Virus record (IMG/VR): IMGVR_UViG_3300028797_000098
Span: 102,321-166,320 of that record
From: a virus
Taxonomy: Duplodnaviria; Heunggongvirae; Uroviricota; Caudoviricetes
Length of the DNA stretch: 64,000 nucleotides
Direction: 5' to 3' (one strand)
Shown: in pieces, positions 36,164 through 44,884 of the stretch
Position numbering within the stretch: the stretch's first letter is position 1
Layout of the letters: each line of letters begins with the position of its first letter
Notes under the pieces: model-generated
Databases searched by the model: none
The model's input: only the letters and a program-made list of their open reading frames with translations
What the model was told of the DNA's origin: nothing
Position numbers and translations under genes: made by a program

Positions 36164-36250
36164 CGGCGCATAGGTATCGTCTAATTTCCATAGGACGCCT
36201 CCCTGTATTCGGGGGAAACCCGGTGTTGGAATCCGGAAACCGTGCGCCGA
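36164..36250 (+). ncRNA. degenerate tRNA-like RNA (8-nt anticodon loop, extended acceptor)
   Basis: CGGCGCA/TGCGCCG + GGT/ACC, D-like TCGTCTAA..TAGGACG, CCTCC-CTGTATTC-GGGGG, CCGG-TGTTGGAAT-CCGG. Confidence 0.5.
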
Positions 36251-36270
36251 TCACTTTTAATGGAGGAAAA

Positions 36271-36516
36271 ATGGCTGACAAAAACGAATTCCACAATGAC
36301 TTGGAAGTCTATTGCTCCGCTAAGGAACACAAGGGAATGGTCCTTGACCTTATAAGGGTGTACGGACCGACAGCCACGCTGAAGGATGTCCTTGCCAGCA
36401 TTAACTATCAGATGGACAAGTACGAGAACCTTTTGTTCATGCACAACCTGTTAGAGACCAAGAGTGTTGCGGGTGCCGTGCTGTCGTCCCTTAGCGATTT
36501 GAAGGAAACTGAATGA
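36271..36516 (+). CDS. hypothetical protein within the RNA island
   Basis: GGAGG upstream. Confidence 0.7.
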   Translation: MADKNEFHNDLEVYCSAKEHKGMVLDLIRVYGPTATLKDVLASINYQMDKYENLLFMHNLLETKSVAGAVLSSLSDLKETE

Positions 36517-36531
36517 ATGAATGACTAACAA

Positions 36532-36630
36532 ATGCGCATAGTGTAGCTTCCGTTGATCACGGGAGTCTCCTGCCCTGTCGATTCCGGGTCGGCCAAAGTC
36601 AGGCAATGAAGGTGGATGCCTGGTGCGCAT
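36532..36630 (+). ncRNA. candidate ~100-nt closed RNA
   Basis: ATGCGCA/TGCGCAT closing stem; inner TTCCG-TTGATCA-CGGGA hairpin. Confidence 0.4.
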
Positions 36631-36641
36631 GTTTTTAACGA

Positions 36642-36717
36642 GTCCGTGTCGTCAAGTTGGAATGGCCCCTCTCTCCTAAAGAGGTGTTTTACACAGGTTC
36701 GAGCCCTGTCACGGATA
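36642..36717 (+). tRNA. tRNA-Arg(CCU)
   Basis: GTCCGTG/CACGGAT acceptor, CCTCT-CTCCTAA-AGAGG, ACAGG-TTCGAGC-CCTGT. Confidence 0.9.
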
Positions 36718-36739
36718 CTAATATCGAATGGAGAACAAC

Positions 36740-36916
36740 ATGAAAGAGAAGAAGAAAGAATTTGTTGAGGAGACCCAGGAGCAGAAGGATGCTCGCTGGA
36801 AGAAACAGGCCAAGGCGGCAAAGAGTTTCGCGGTGTCTAGCGGCATTGACTTGAAGAAGGTAGCTCGCGAACGCCGCAATAACGAATGGGCCAAGAATAA
36901 GGATAATTGGTACTAA
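36740..36916 (+). CDS. small basic hypothetical protein
   Basis: GGAG upstream; K/E/R-rich. Confidence 0.55.
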   Translation: MKEKKKEFVEETQEQKDARWKKQAKAAKSFAVSSGIDLKKVARERRNNEWAKNKDNWY

Positions 36917-36962
36917 TAAGCTTGACGCTTCCGACAAGAGCTTTGCGTTCAATGTCCAGCAA

Positions 36963-36992
36963 GGCGTCCCGTTGCCACGGGGCGCCTTTTTT
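36963..36992 (+). terminator. intrinsic terminator closing the RNA island
   Basis: GGCGTCCCG-TTGCCA-CGGGGCGCC-TTTTTT. Confidence 0.8.
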
Positions 36993-37000
36993 GCTATATT
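36972..37000 (+). promoter_or_regulatory. sigma70-like promoter TTGCCA-N17-TATATT
   Basis: -35 is the loop of the terminator hairpin; ATG 6 nt downstream. Confidence 0.8.
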
Positions 37001-37006
37001 CCCAAC

Positions 37007-37717
37007 ATGAAATATGACATGTTTGACAGAGAATCCGTAAAGAGAGTGCTTGATACGTTTGAAGCACATAGCCTGTTCATCAACAAAAAGTACGAGGCGT
37101 TTAAATCCAAGAATAACTACTGGTCATCCGACCGCGAACGATTCGTTGGACGGTTCTTCAAAAAGTATCGGGGCAAGTTCTTTATCCTGATTGACAAGGA
37201 AGTCATTGGATATCACGATGAAGTCAATGATACTGCATTTTTCAGCAGTGTTGACCCTGTATCCATCTATTCACGCAAGTATAGTGAACATTCCTACCAT
37301 TATAGGGGCGAGCGTATTACCCGAACGGTCAAGAAGTTCCTGTGCGTATCTTATATCAGTGCTGTCAATACTAGTGTCAGTTCCGGATATATTGAAATGT
37401 CTTGCTATGACCTGTTTGGTGACAAGGTTAACTACGTGCTCGACCTGCATATGCTGGCAAATATGCAGTTCAAAGAAATTACCGAGGAAGAGTTTAACCA
37501 GATGGCTAGACTGTTCCAGGATGACCGCGATGACCGTGAATTCAAGGTAACCCGTTACCTTGATGCCGATGAACTGAAGTCCAGGAAGCGCAGCGAAAGG
37601 AAGAACCTTATCAAGGTAGGCAGGTATCTCACCAAGGAAATCGTTACGGTCATGGCGAAGGATTCTGATGACGCTATGAAGAAATGTACCAATGCAATCG
37701 AGGTATCGTCATGTTAA
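37007..37717 (+). CDS. hypothetical protein (leaderless candidate)
   Basis: ATG 6 nt after the -10 box. Confidence 0.75.
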   Translation: MKYDMFDRESVKRVLDTFEAHSLFINKKYEAFKSKNNYWSSDRERFVGRFFKKYRGKFFILIDKEVIGYHDEVNDTAFFSSVDPVSIYSRKYSEHSYHYRGERITRTVKKFLCVSYISAVNTSVSSGYIEMSCYDLFGDKVNYVLDLHMLANMQFKEITEEEFNQMARLFQDDRDDREFKVTRYLDADELKSRKRSERKNLIKVGRYLTKEIVTVMAKDSDDAMKKCTNAIEVSSC

Positions 37718-37992
37718 AATATCTTGTAGGATGCTATGATCCCAGGCACCCGGAGGCCACGTCTTTTGGCGAACCGTTTTTCATTATACGGGCAAAGGAC
37801 AGGGAAGGTGCACTGGAACGGTATGATGCCATTCTAGGAAAGAGAAATGGCGAATTCATGCTGCCTGGCCAGACTCATATGGGCAAGGTCATGGGACTGG
37901 TGACCCTTCTCGGCCCGATGAACCTTGACCCGCAATGCAGTCTTGAAGTCGCCAAAAAGGCGATGAAGACTGCGACGGAAGTGGATGACTGA
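37711..37992 (+). CDS. hypothetical protein
   Basis: GAGG upstream. Confidence 0.6.
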   Translation: MLKYLVGCYDPRHPEATSFGEPFFIIRAKDREGALERYDAILGKRNGEFMLPGQTHMGKVMGLVTLLGPMNLDPQCSLEVAKKAMKTATEVDD

Positions 37993-38195
37993 TGATGGAC
38001 AGACAGTATAAGCTCTGCAAGCACCGTGGCGACTGTGCCAATGCATTCTACAACCTTTGCTCCTTTGGCAGTCGCTTCAATGACCCAACCAACAGCGAAA
38101 TAGATAACCCGAAGTCTGTCTGCTGGAGGTATGAGGAAGATGATAGTGCTCCATGTACACAATATCAGTAATTAAAACATCGGAGGATATAATCC

Positions 38196-38405
38196 ATGAA
38201 AAAGATATTACGGGGATTGCTTTTTATAGTCATTAGCTGCACATTGCTGTGCACTATTTGGCCGCTTGCGTTTATCGCATCCGTGTTCGGCGCAGTATTG
38301 CAATATGCCACCGAAGATGTGACGCTTAAGGAAGCTGTCAAGGAAAAATTCTCTTTAAATTTTCGAGATTTCAATCCATACGAGTGGGTTTCTAAGAGAT
38401 ACTGA
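38196..38405 (+). CDS. small membrane protein
   Basis: GGAGG upstream; hydrophobic N-terminal half. Confidence 0.65.
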   Translation: MKKILRGLLFIVISCTLLCTIWPLAFIASVFGAVLQYATEDVTLKEAVKEKFSLNFRDFNPYEWVSKRY

Positions 38406-39901
38406 TGCTTGACGAAAATGAAATACAGTCCAAGCTGTCCTATGCGGCTAACTTGATGTCAAACCGGGCGCCCATTCTCCTTGGTTTCTATGTCATGCTC
38501 AACAAGCGCATGACTAGTGACAAGTCGATAACCATGCGAGCTGGATGCGATGCCGGAAAGCCGTTTATCGAGTACAGTGACTGGTTCGTGAACATGATGG
38601 AACCGTCCTTGCTCGGGGCGGTGCTGTATGCCAACTGCCTCAGGATAGCGTTGCACCATTGCGATACCCGTGTAAAGATGCCTGAAGCCATGTTCAGGCT
38701 TGCAAGTGACCTGGTGGTATATGAATACGCCCGGCATGTCGTCGATACTACCGTCGATGACAATTCGGCGATTGTTGGACAGTTGTTCCCGAGCATCTGG
38801 GCTTATTCCGACAAGTTTGCTGCAGCCGGGTTTGACCCTGTCAAGGACTTGACCCTTGAAAAGGTGTTCGACCTCCTTATGCAGAGCAAGGAGGATTCCG
38901 AAAATGAAACCGACGAAAAGAATCCGGACGGCAACCAGGAAGATAGCGGGAGCGAAGGCAACGGTGAACAAAGCGACAACGGTGACGAGGAAGGTGGCGA
39001 ACCGAACCACGATGGCGAATCTGGCGGGGAAGAAGGCGAGGATGATAAATCCCAGGAAGGCGGTGGAGGTTCCGGGGAATCCGATGACTTTGATGATGAC
39101 GATGCCGACTCCGAAAACGAAGGCGAATCGGGAAGCGGTGGCGACAATGCAGGGGATAGTGATGATGGGAAGAGCGAATCCTATCAGGCTATCCAGCAGA
39201 TGTTTGACCCGGAAAATTCGGCCCAGGACATGAAGGACTGGGGACAGGATTCTGACGCTTCCGACAATATCCGCGATGCCGCCTCGATTCAGTTTGCCAA
39301 TGGGCAAGGTGGTGCCAGTGGCCAGTTGGCCCTGGTTATCAAGGAAGCCAACCGCGTGCATGTAGATGCCGCTCGTCTGTTCAACATGTTCATGACTAGC
39401 AATTTCGGTGCATCGACCAGGCAGACGTGGTCCATGCCCAACCTGGCCCTGCGCCGGTTCGGCTCGATAGCCCCTGGCCATGTCCGCAAGAAGGACAAGC
39501 CGAAACTATTGTTTGCAGTTGACGTATCAGGCTCCATGCTTAGCATGAACCTGGTAAACCGGTGCTTTGCCGCAGTGAACAACTTCATCGGCGATGCCGC
39601 GCTTGACCTGTGCTATTGGGATGACGTATGTTCTGAAATCCTGCATGACCCTAAGGACGTATTCAATACGGACGTGTTCGGGGGTGGCATGACAAATCCG
39701 CAGTGCGTGCTTAAACGGCTTGAAATGGAACACAGGACTTATGATGGCATAGTGTTTCTTACCGACTGCGAGTTTGACTGGGAACGCCCACGCGAGGTCA
39801 ACCGTATCTGCGTGGTGAAAGCTGGAACCGGTGCCGGAATTGTACCTGCCTGGTGCAGGTGGACAATGGGAATCGACGACCTGTTGAAAAATGCAACTTA
39901 A
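38405..39901 (+). CDS. vWA domain / DUF2201-like putative metallopeptidase protein
   Basis: N-terminal helical domain, acidic Gly-rich linker, MIDAS-like AVDVSGSM, GGGMT, VFLTDCE; HExxH replaced by ANCLRIALHH. Confidence 0.8.
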   Translation: MLDENEIQSKLSYAANLMSNRAPILLGFYVMLNKRMTSDKSITMRAGCDAGKPFIEYSDWFVNMMEPSLLGAVLYANCLRIALHHCDTRVKMPEAMFRLASDLVVYEYARHVVDTTVDDNSAIVGQLFPSIWAYSDKFAAAGFDPVKDLTLEKVFDLLMQSKEDSENETDEKNPDGNQEDSGSEGNGEQSDNGDEEGGEPNHDGESGGEEGEDDKSQEGGGGSGESDDFDDDDADSENEGESGSGGDNAGDSDDGKSESYQAIQQMFDPENSAQDMKDWGQDSDASDNIRDAASIQFANGQGGASGQLALVIKEANRVHVDAARLFNMFMTSNFGASTRQTWSMPNLALRRFGSIAPGHVRKKDKPKLLFAVDVSGSMLSMNLVNRCFAAVNNFIGDAALDLCYWDDVCSEILHDPKDVFNTDVFGGGMTNPQCVLKRLEMEHRTYDGIVFLTDCEFDWERPREVNRICVVKAGTGAGIVPAWCRWTMGIDDLLKNAT

Positions 39902-39921
39902 CTTTTAAAGAGGAACCCAAC

Positions 39922-40410
39922 ATGACAACCAAACCATACAAGATCTATGACACCGTGAAAACCGTTAAAGATAAACGGAAATCTGAACATAAGGGCTGGT
40001 TTGATGACTGGAATGACCGATACGGCGAGGCATTCAATGAAAGCGTTAAGCCCATCCTCGATGTGCTTCAAAAAATAGGATGCGATGAAAAGCAGGCCGA
40101 CAATGTGTTTGAATATTCGTATAAAGACACGAACGGTGTTCCACACGTAGTTTTTCGGATGAATGCTAAAAACTTCGCGCTTGAATATCCGTTCCTCTCG
40201 GAACTTGGCCCATCCAAGGAAGATAGCGAAGCATTTAATGAGGGAAAATTCCCGGCATATTTCGAGAATCCGTTAAGTTGCTTTATGCAAGCATATGTAT
40301 ATTTAGTCAACCATATCTTAAACGACCATCAGCAGCGTGCCGAATCACTCGCCAGGTGCATCTATTTCTATTGCGCACATATCAGCAAGGGAAAAAGCAT
40401 AGCAAAATGA
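39922..40410 (+). CDS. hypothetical protein
   Basis: GAGG upstream. Confidence 0.7.
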   Translation: MTTKPYKIYDTVKTVKDKRKSEHKGWFDDWNDRYGEAFNESVKPILDVLQKIGCDEKQADNVFEYSYKDTNGVPHVVFRMNAKNFALEYPFLSELGPSKEDSEAFNEGKFPAYFENPLSCFMQAYVYLVNHILNDHQQRAESLARCIYFYCAHISKGKSIAK

Positions 40411-40462
40411 TTCCGACCGCCAAATGAGCAATGGAATGATCCGCATATAAGCTGGTGGTGAA

Positions 40463-40780
40463 ATGTCTACTGCATACTATATTTTCCACATATTTTGTGT
40501 CATTCTCGGATATGCCGGCTCATTCATGTTTGCTATTTGCAATGTGCCGGCAATCGTTAAAATCAAGAGGACCGAATCGGTCGAGGGCGTGTCCCTCGGG
40601 TGGATAGGTCTCTCGACTGCAGCCAACATCTGCTGTGGCCTGTTTGTACTGGACAGCAACATCATTAGCGGTGTGTGGCAGTATCCCCTGTACGGAAATT
40701 ACGGGTTTGCCCTGTTCTGCTGCATCTGGTTGCTGAAACTGTACAGAAAATACAAGGTGAATGACAAAATCGATAATTAA
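40463..40780 (+). CDS. PQ-loop / SemiSWEET-like three-TM protein
   Basis: LGYAGSFMFAICNVPAIVKIKRTESVEGVS pattern. Confidence 0.65.
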   Translation: MSTAYYIFHIFCVILGYAGSFMFAICNVPAIVKIKRTESVEGVSLGWIGLSTAANICCGLFVLDSNIISGVWQYPLYGNYGFALFCCIWLLKLYRKYKVNDKIDN

Positions 40781-40796
40781 TTGCTATATTTGTAGC

Positions 40797-41078
40797 ATGA
40801 ATATTACTAAGCAACACCTGGTTACCGATATCGCGGTGGCGACAGGCATTACACAGAAAGATACCAAGCAAGTCGTTGAAGCTTTCCTGGATTTAATTGA
40901 GCTGCATCTTGAAAAGGGCAATACTGTCGAACTCCGTGGGTTTGGACGGTTTTCGGTCAAAGGCCGCAAATCGAGGCCAGTGCGCAATCCCAAAACCGGG
41001 GCGGTGTTGCAACTGGGCGACCGCATGGTTCCTACTGTGAAGTTCTGTGATGATTTAAAGGAAAGGGTTAACAAATAA
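40797..41078 (+). CDS. hup: HU/IHF family DNA-binding protein
   Basis: MNITKQHLV..IA...GIT...VELRGFGRFSVKGRKSRPVRNPKTG. Confidence 0.9.
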   Translation: MNITKQHLVTDIAVATGITQKDTKQVVEAFLDLIELHLEKGNTVELRGFGRFSVKGRKSRPVRNPKTGAVLQLGDRMVPTVKFCDDLKERVNK

Positions 41079-42295
41079 TGCGTCGTTGTAGCATTGCGCA
41101 GTTCTATGAACTGATTGACATCATACCGACCTGGAAGCCGATATTGCTCATTGGCGACACCGGTATCGGCAAGACAACCATTGTTAAGAAGCAATCCCTG
41201 CAGAAGAACAGGTATTTCGCGTACTGTCCCTGCATGTCCACTGCTGAAACTATTAACCTGACCGGTATTCCTGATGTTTCCGGCGATCATACGGTCTACA
41301 AGCCGATGGAATGGTTCAAGCCGGATACGGTGACCGACCTGTTGCTTGATGAAATCAACCGTAACGAGTATATCATCAATGCCCTCATGGAACTTGCCGT
41401 CGACCAGCACATCGGCAGTGCGCAGCTTGCACCAGGCTCCCGAGTGTTTGCGGCAATGAACCCGTCATCGGCAAACGAGTTCATGGTCAAGGAACTGGAA
41501 CTTTCCCACATGAGAAGGTTTTGCGTTGTCGAATTGGCCCCTACTGTCGATGAATGGCTGGAATTCAGCAAGGAAGAAGGTTGCCATCCGGCAATCGTCA
41601 AATACATCAATGCGCACCGTGAGGCATTAGATCCTAGCGAGGATTCGTCCATCCGCAAGGGAAGACGGTATTATACCAACATGGATGCGACCAGAAGCGG
41701 ATGGTCCACCCTGTCGGAAGCCTTGTTCAACGGGGAAAGCCAGAACAAGTTTGACCCGTTCAAGCGAAAGGATGGCAAGCAGCTCCTGGAACTCCTGGTC
41801 AACGGGTATGTTGGGCCGGAATATTCCGAAAGCTTTTGCGAACTCTATTACAGCATGTTCTACAATACCAACGGGGCATCACTGGATGAAATGCTGACGG
41901 CAACTGATATCATTGAGGGCAGTACCGAAAGATGGAAGAGCGAGCTCCCGGAAAGGGTGTCCCGGCTGTGCAAGGAGAATACCATTGAAGCTGCGAAACT
42001 TGTTGGCTCAGTGGCCAAATACCTGTCAAGCAATGCCGGGTTGCTGTACAACTCGACCACAAACAAGGTGACCATCAAGGGCATTACTTATGCAGTGAAC
42101 TTCTTTAAGTTCCTGCGTTCGTGCACCCCCGAACTCGTATCCCAGATGTACTTCAACCATATCAAGCCGGCTAAGCTGAAAGCGGGCGATGAGGGCATTA
42201 CATGGGCGGATGCGATGTGTGCGGGCTGTCCGGAAACTGTAAAGCTTTTGCAGGAAGTCCGAAAAAATTCTGGACAGCCGGTTGCCAAGTATTAA
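41078..42295 (+). CDS. MoxR-like AAA+ ATPase
   Basis: Walker A GDTGIGKT, Walker B LLLDEINR, VFAAMNP, RRF. Confidence 0.85.
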   Translation: MRRCSIAQFYELIDIIPTWKPILLIGDTGIGKTTIVKKQSLQKNRYFAYCPCMSTAETINLTGIPDVSGDHTVYKPMEWFKPDTVTDLLLDEINRNEYIINALMELAVDQHIGSAQLAPGSRVFAAMNPSSANEFMVKELELSHMRRFCVVELAPTVDEWLEFSKEEGCHPAIVKYINAHREALDPSEDSSIRKGRRYYTNMDATRSGWSTLSEALFNGESQNKFDPFKRKDGKQLLELLVNGYVGPEYSESFCELYYSMFYNTNGASLDEMLTATDIIEGSTERWKSELPERVSRLCKENTIEAAKLVGSVAKYLSSNAGLLYNSTTNKVTIKGITYAVNFFKFLRSCTPELVSQMYFNHIKPAKLKAGDEGITWADAMCAGCPETVKLLQEVRKNSGQPVAKY

Positions 42296-42310
42296 ATCAT
42301 TTGCTACATT
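42282..42310 (+). promoter_or_regulatory. sigma70-like promoter TTGCCA-N17-TACATT
   Basis: Exact consensus. Confidence 0.8.
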
Positions 42311-42350
42311 AGGGTTACACAAAACCTAATCATTTAACAAGGAAATAACA

Positions 42351-42614
42351 ATGAAAAATCCATTCTCTAATGAAACCGTAAAATCCGCAGCAATCGTCAT
42401 TGGCTCTGCAATCGCATTCATTGCCATCTCCAAGGGCGTGGGCGCTCTCCGCAAGAAGTTTGGCTTGACCGGCAAGGATGCTGCCAAGGCTCTCTTCGAT
42501 GCAGCAGAAACCAACGACAGTTCCGCAAGATCTCTCAATTTGAGAGGTGATTGCCCTGCTGAAGAGACGAGCGATGCTTGTGAAGCCTCATATGCATCCA
42601 AAGCTTCCCGATAG
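42351..42614 (+). CDS. hypothetical membrane-anchored protein
   Basis: AAGGA upstream; one TM. Confidence 0.7.
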   Translation: MKNPFSNETVKSAAIVIGSAIAFIAISKGVGALRKKFGLTGKDAAKALFDAAETNDSSARSLNLRGDCPAEETSDACEASYASKASR

Positions 42615-42685
42615 GTGAGTTGTAACTGATTCGGAAAAAACTATAGGAGTCGCTGGCCCAACCAGCGTATTGTTTCCATAATGCG

Positions 42686-42710
42686 AAAATGGCCCGAAAG
42701 GGCCATTTTT
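42686..42710 (+). terminator. intrinsic terminator
   Basis: AAAATGGCCC-GAAA-GGGCCATTTTT. Confidence 0.8.
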
Positions 42711-42718
42711 GTCTGTAG

Positions 42719-42747
42719 TTGCCATTAGTTTGCCAGTTTGCTACATA
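42719..42747 (+). promoter_or_regulatory. sigma70-like promoter TTGCCA-N17-TACATA
   Basis: Consensus. Confidence 0.8.
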
Positions 42748-42772
42748 TGGAACACAAGCAAAGGAGGATACC

Positions 42773-43390
42773 ATGCTTAACCTTTTCAAGAAACAGTGGA
42801 TGCCTGATTACATCCGCGAATACATCAGCAAGAAGCTTCCCGCCAAGTATTTCAAGGTGGAGTTTGAAATTGGCGGGAAACTGGTCCCGCTTGCGGACGT
42901 AGTTGGAAACGAACGGTTCGTGAAGCAGGGTGTCGTCACTTTCACCGATGCCAAGGGCAGCACGGCAACCCAGTGGCTCTACCTGTTCAGGGGCGAGCTT
43001 ATGCATGACGCGGTTGACCATGTGGTGAGCGAATTTGCCATGAAGGGCATCGAGCCGGCTACCCACCGTGCGCCCATTATCGGCGATGCGGGAAAGGTTG
43101 ACAAGATACGCAAGGAACTGAAGGACAAGCTGTCGAAGGCTATTGATTACTGTCCGGGTTCCTTCCTGGATGTCATCAAGGAATATCCCATTACCGACAT
43201 GCCGCGCTGGCGCCGCAAGCGCATCCTGAACCTGCTTGCCAACCTCAGCGAGGAGAGCATCCCGGTATTCATCAGCTTTGATCTTGACCATGCCTCATTG
43301 AGCCAGCTTGAACAGTTCAATGACGAACTGGAACTCGCCATGATGGTCGAAAACACGTATAACCCCGAATTAAAGGAAGAACATGTCTAA
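42773..43390 (+). CDS. hypothetical protein
   Basis: AAGGAGG upstream. Confidence 0.75.
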   Translation: MLNLFKKQWMPDYIREYISKKLPAKYFKVEFEIGGKLVPLADVVGNERFVKQGVVTFTDAKGSTATQWLYLFRGELMHDAVDHVVSEFAMKGIEPATHRAPIIGDAGKVDKIRKELKDKLSKAIDYCPGSFLDVIKEYPITDMPRWRRKRILNLLANLSEESIPVFISFDLDHASLSQLEQFNDELELAMMVENTYNPELKEEHV

Positions 43391-44333
43391 AAGTACCCCA
43401 TTTTTCAAAGACGTTACCTTGGAAGGTAAAAAAGAAAACCGTCGCAAGATTCTTGTGATTGCTGGCGTTCATGGCAATGAACAGAATGCCGTGCTTGCTG
43501 CATACCGCCTGTATGAGTCGTTCGCACAGGCGACCGAGGATGCTTATAAGAATGAAAATGACATCAGGTTTATCATTGGTGTGAACAAGTGGGGACTCCT
43601 GACCAACAAGCGCGAGTTTGGCCAGCGTACAGACGTGTATCCGGACCCAATCCAAAAGGACAAGCCGATTGATTTCAACCGTGTATTCACCAAGAACCAT
43701 ATTACCGAACTGAACGAGGATGCCGCTGCGGTGCGCGATTTTATCCAGGAGGCTGTCGAAGGCGCTGACATTGTGATTGACGTGCACAATTCGCCGGCAT
43801 GCACCAACATGGTGCTGCTTAACAATGATGAATATGCGGCATCGACAATTAAGTTCATGAACGAATGCCACATGGATACCGACTACATGGTTTGCGAATC
43901 CCAGACCAGTACCATCAAGAAGTATGCCATTGAACAGGGCAAGGTTGGCTTTACTGTGGAACTTGGCGGCATGACGCTTGCTGGATTGCAGGATGGAACC
44001 ATCGTCCTTGACCAGTTTGCCTTCCTTAAGACGTTTATTTCTTGGATTGACCAGTTTATGCCTAAGTTTGAAAAGGGGGCACTGTTGCTTCCTGCACAAT
44101 TATGCATGCCTATTTATGCACATGCATACGGGCTTATTGATAAGGTGAATTTCCACCGATGCGCACCGCTGAAGAAGGGCGAAGTATTTGCTACCATGAT
44201 TACGGACAGCGACAACCCGGACGATGCCGAGTTTAAGGCTCCATGCGACGGCTTCCTTGTTGCATGCGAGGACCACCGTGCCGTGAAGCCTGGTGACGAA
44301 ATATTCTATTGGCAGCCGGTTGTAAACGGTTAG
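43383..44333 (+). CDS. succinylglutamate desuccinylase/aspartoacylase (peptidase M14-like) family hydrolase
   Basis: VIAGVHGNE, DFNRVF, IDVHNS, FTVELG, C-terminal APCDG..V..V.PGD module. Confidence 0.8.
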   Translation: MSKSTPFFKDVTLEGKKENRRKILVIAGVHGNEQNAVLAAYRLYESFAQATEDAYKNENDIRFIIGVNKWGLLTNKREFGQRTDVYPDPIQKDKPIDFNRVFTKNHITELNEDAAAVRDFIQEAVEGADIVIDVHNSPACTNMVLLNNDEYAASTIKFMNECHMDTDYMVCESQTSTIKKYAIEQGKVGFTVELGGMTLAGLQDGTIVLDQFAFLKTFISWIDQFMPKFEKGALLLPAQLCMPIYAHAYGLIDKVNFHRCAPLKKGEVFATMITDSDNPDDAEFKAPCDGFLVACEDHRAVKPGDEIFYWQPVVNG

Positions 44334-44341
44334 AGGTAAAA

Positions 44342-44884
44342 ATGGCCAAATTGCTTGCTCGAATGAAAATGGAATATGATACGCTGGAACGTATCGAAAA
44401 ACTGAGGACGCTATCCAAGGTTCTCAATGAACATAAGGATTGCATAATCAAGATAGTGGAGCTCGGTACGATTGGCGATGATCCAGTATTCTACATTCGT
44501 CCGGGCAAGCACGTTATCAATTATAACTCGAATACCCGTTATGCTGAAATGATAATCACCTCTAAGGGGATGCTGTCATATGAACAGTCAGTTATCGACC
44601 CAGGTGATCTTCCCCGAGTGAACGAGTGGAAGAAGTATTGCATTGAATGTGCCATGAGATATGAAATAACGGTCTATGATGAACTCCCGGATTCGGAAAT
44701 TCGCCATGCCGAACGCCCGTTCATTGAAGAAATAGTCGCCTTGCAGCGCAAGATTAAGCAAGTGCAGCGGGAATACCTCAAGGCAATGAAAATTACTCAG
44801 TGCATGGTATGGCCTAACGATCCCCAGACCAAGGAATGGCTAGAGAAACATCCCACGATATTACATGATTACAGGAAGGTGTAA
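44342..44884 (+). CDS. hypothetical protein
   Basis: GAGG upstream. Confidence 0.7.
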   Translation: MAKLLARMKMEYDTLERIEKLRTLSKVLNEHKDCIIKIVELGTIGDDPVFYIRPGKHVINYNSNTRYAEMIITSKGMLSYEQSVIDPGDLPRVNEWKKYCIECAMRYEITVYDELPDSEIRHAERPFIEEIVALQRKIKQVQREYLKAMKITQCMVWPNDPQTKEWLEKHPTILHDYRKV

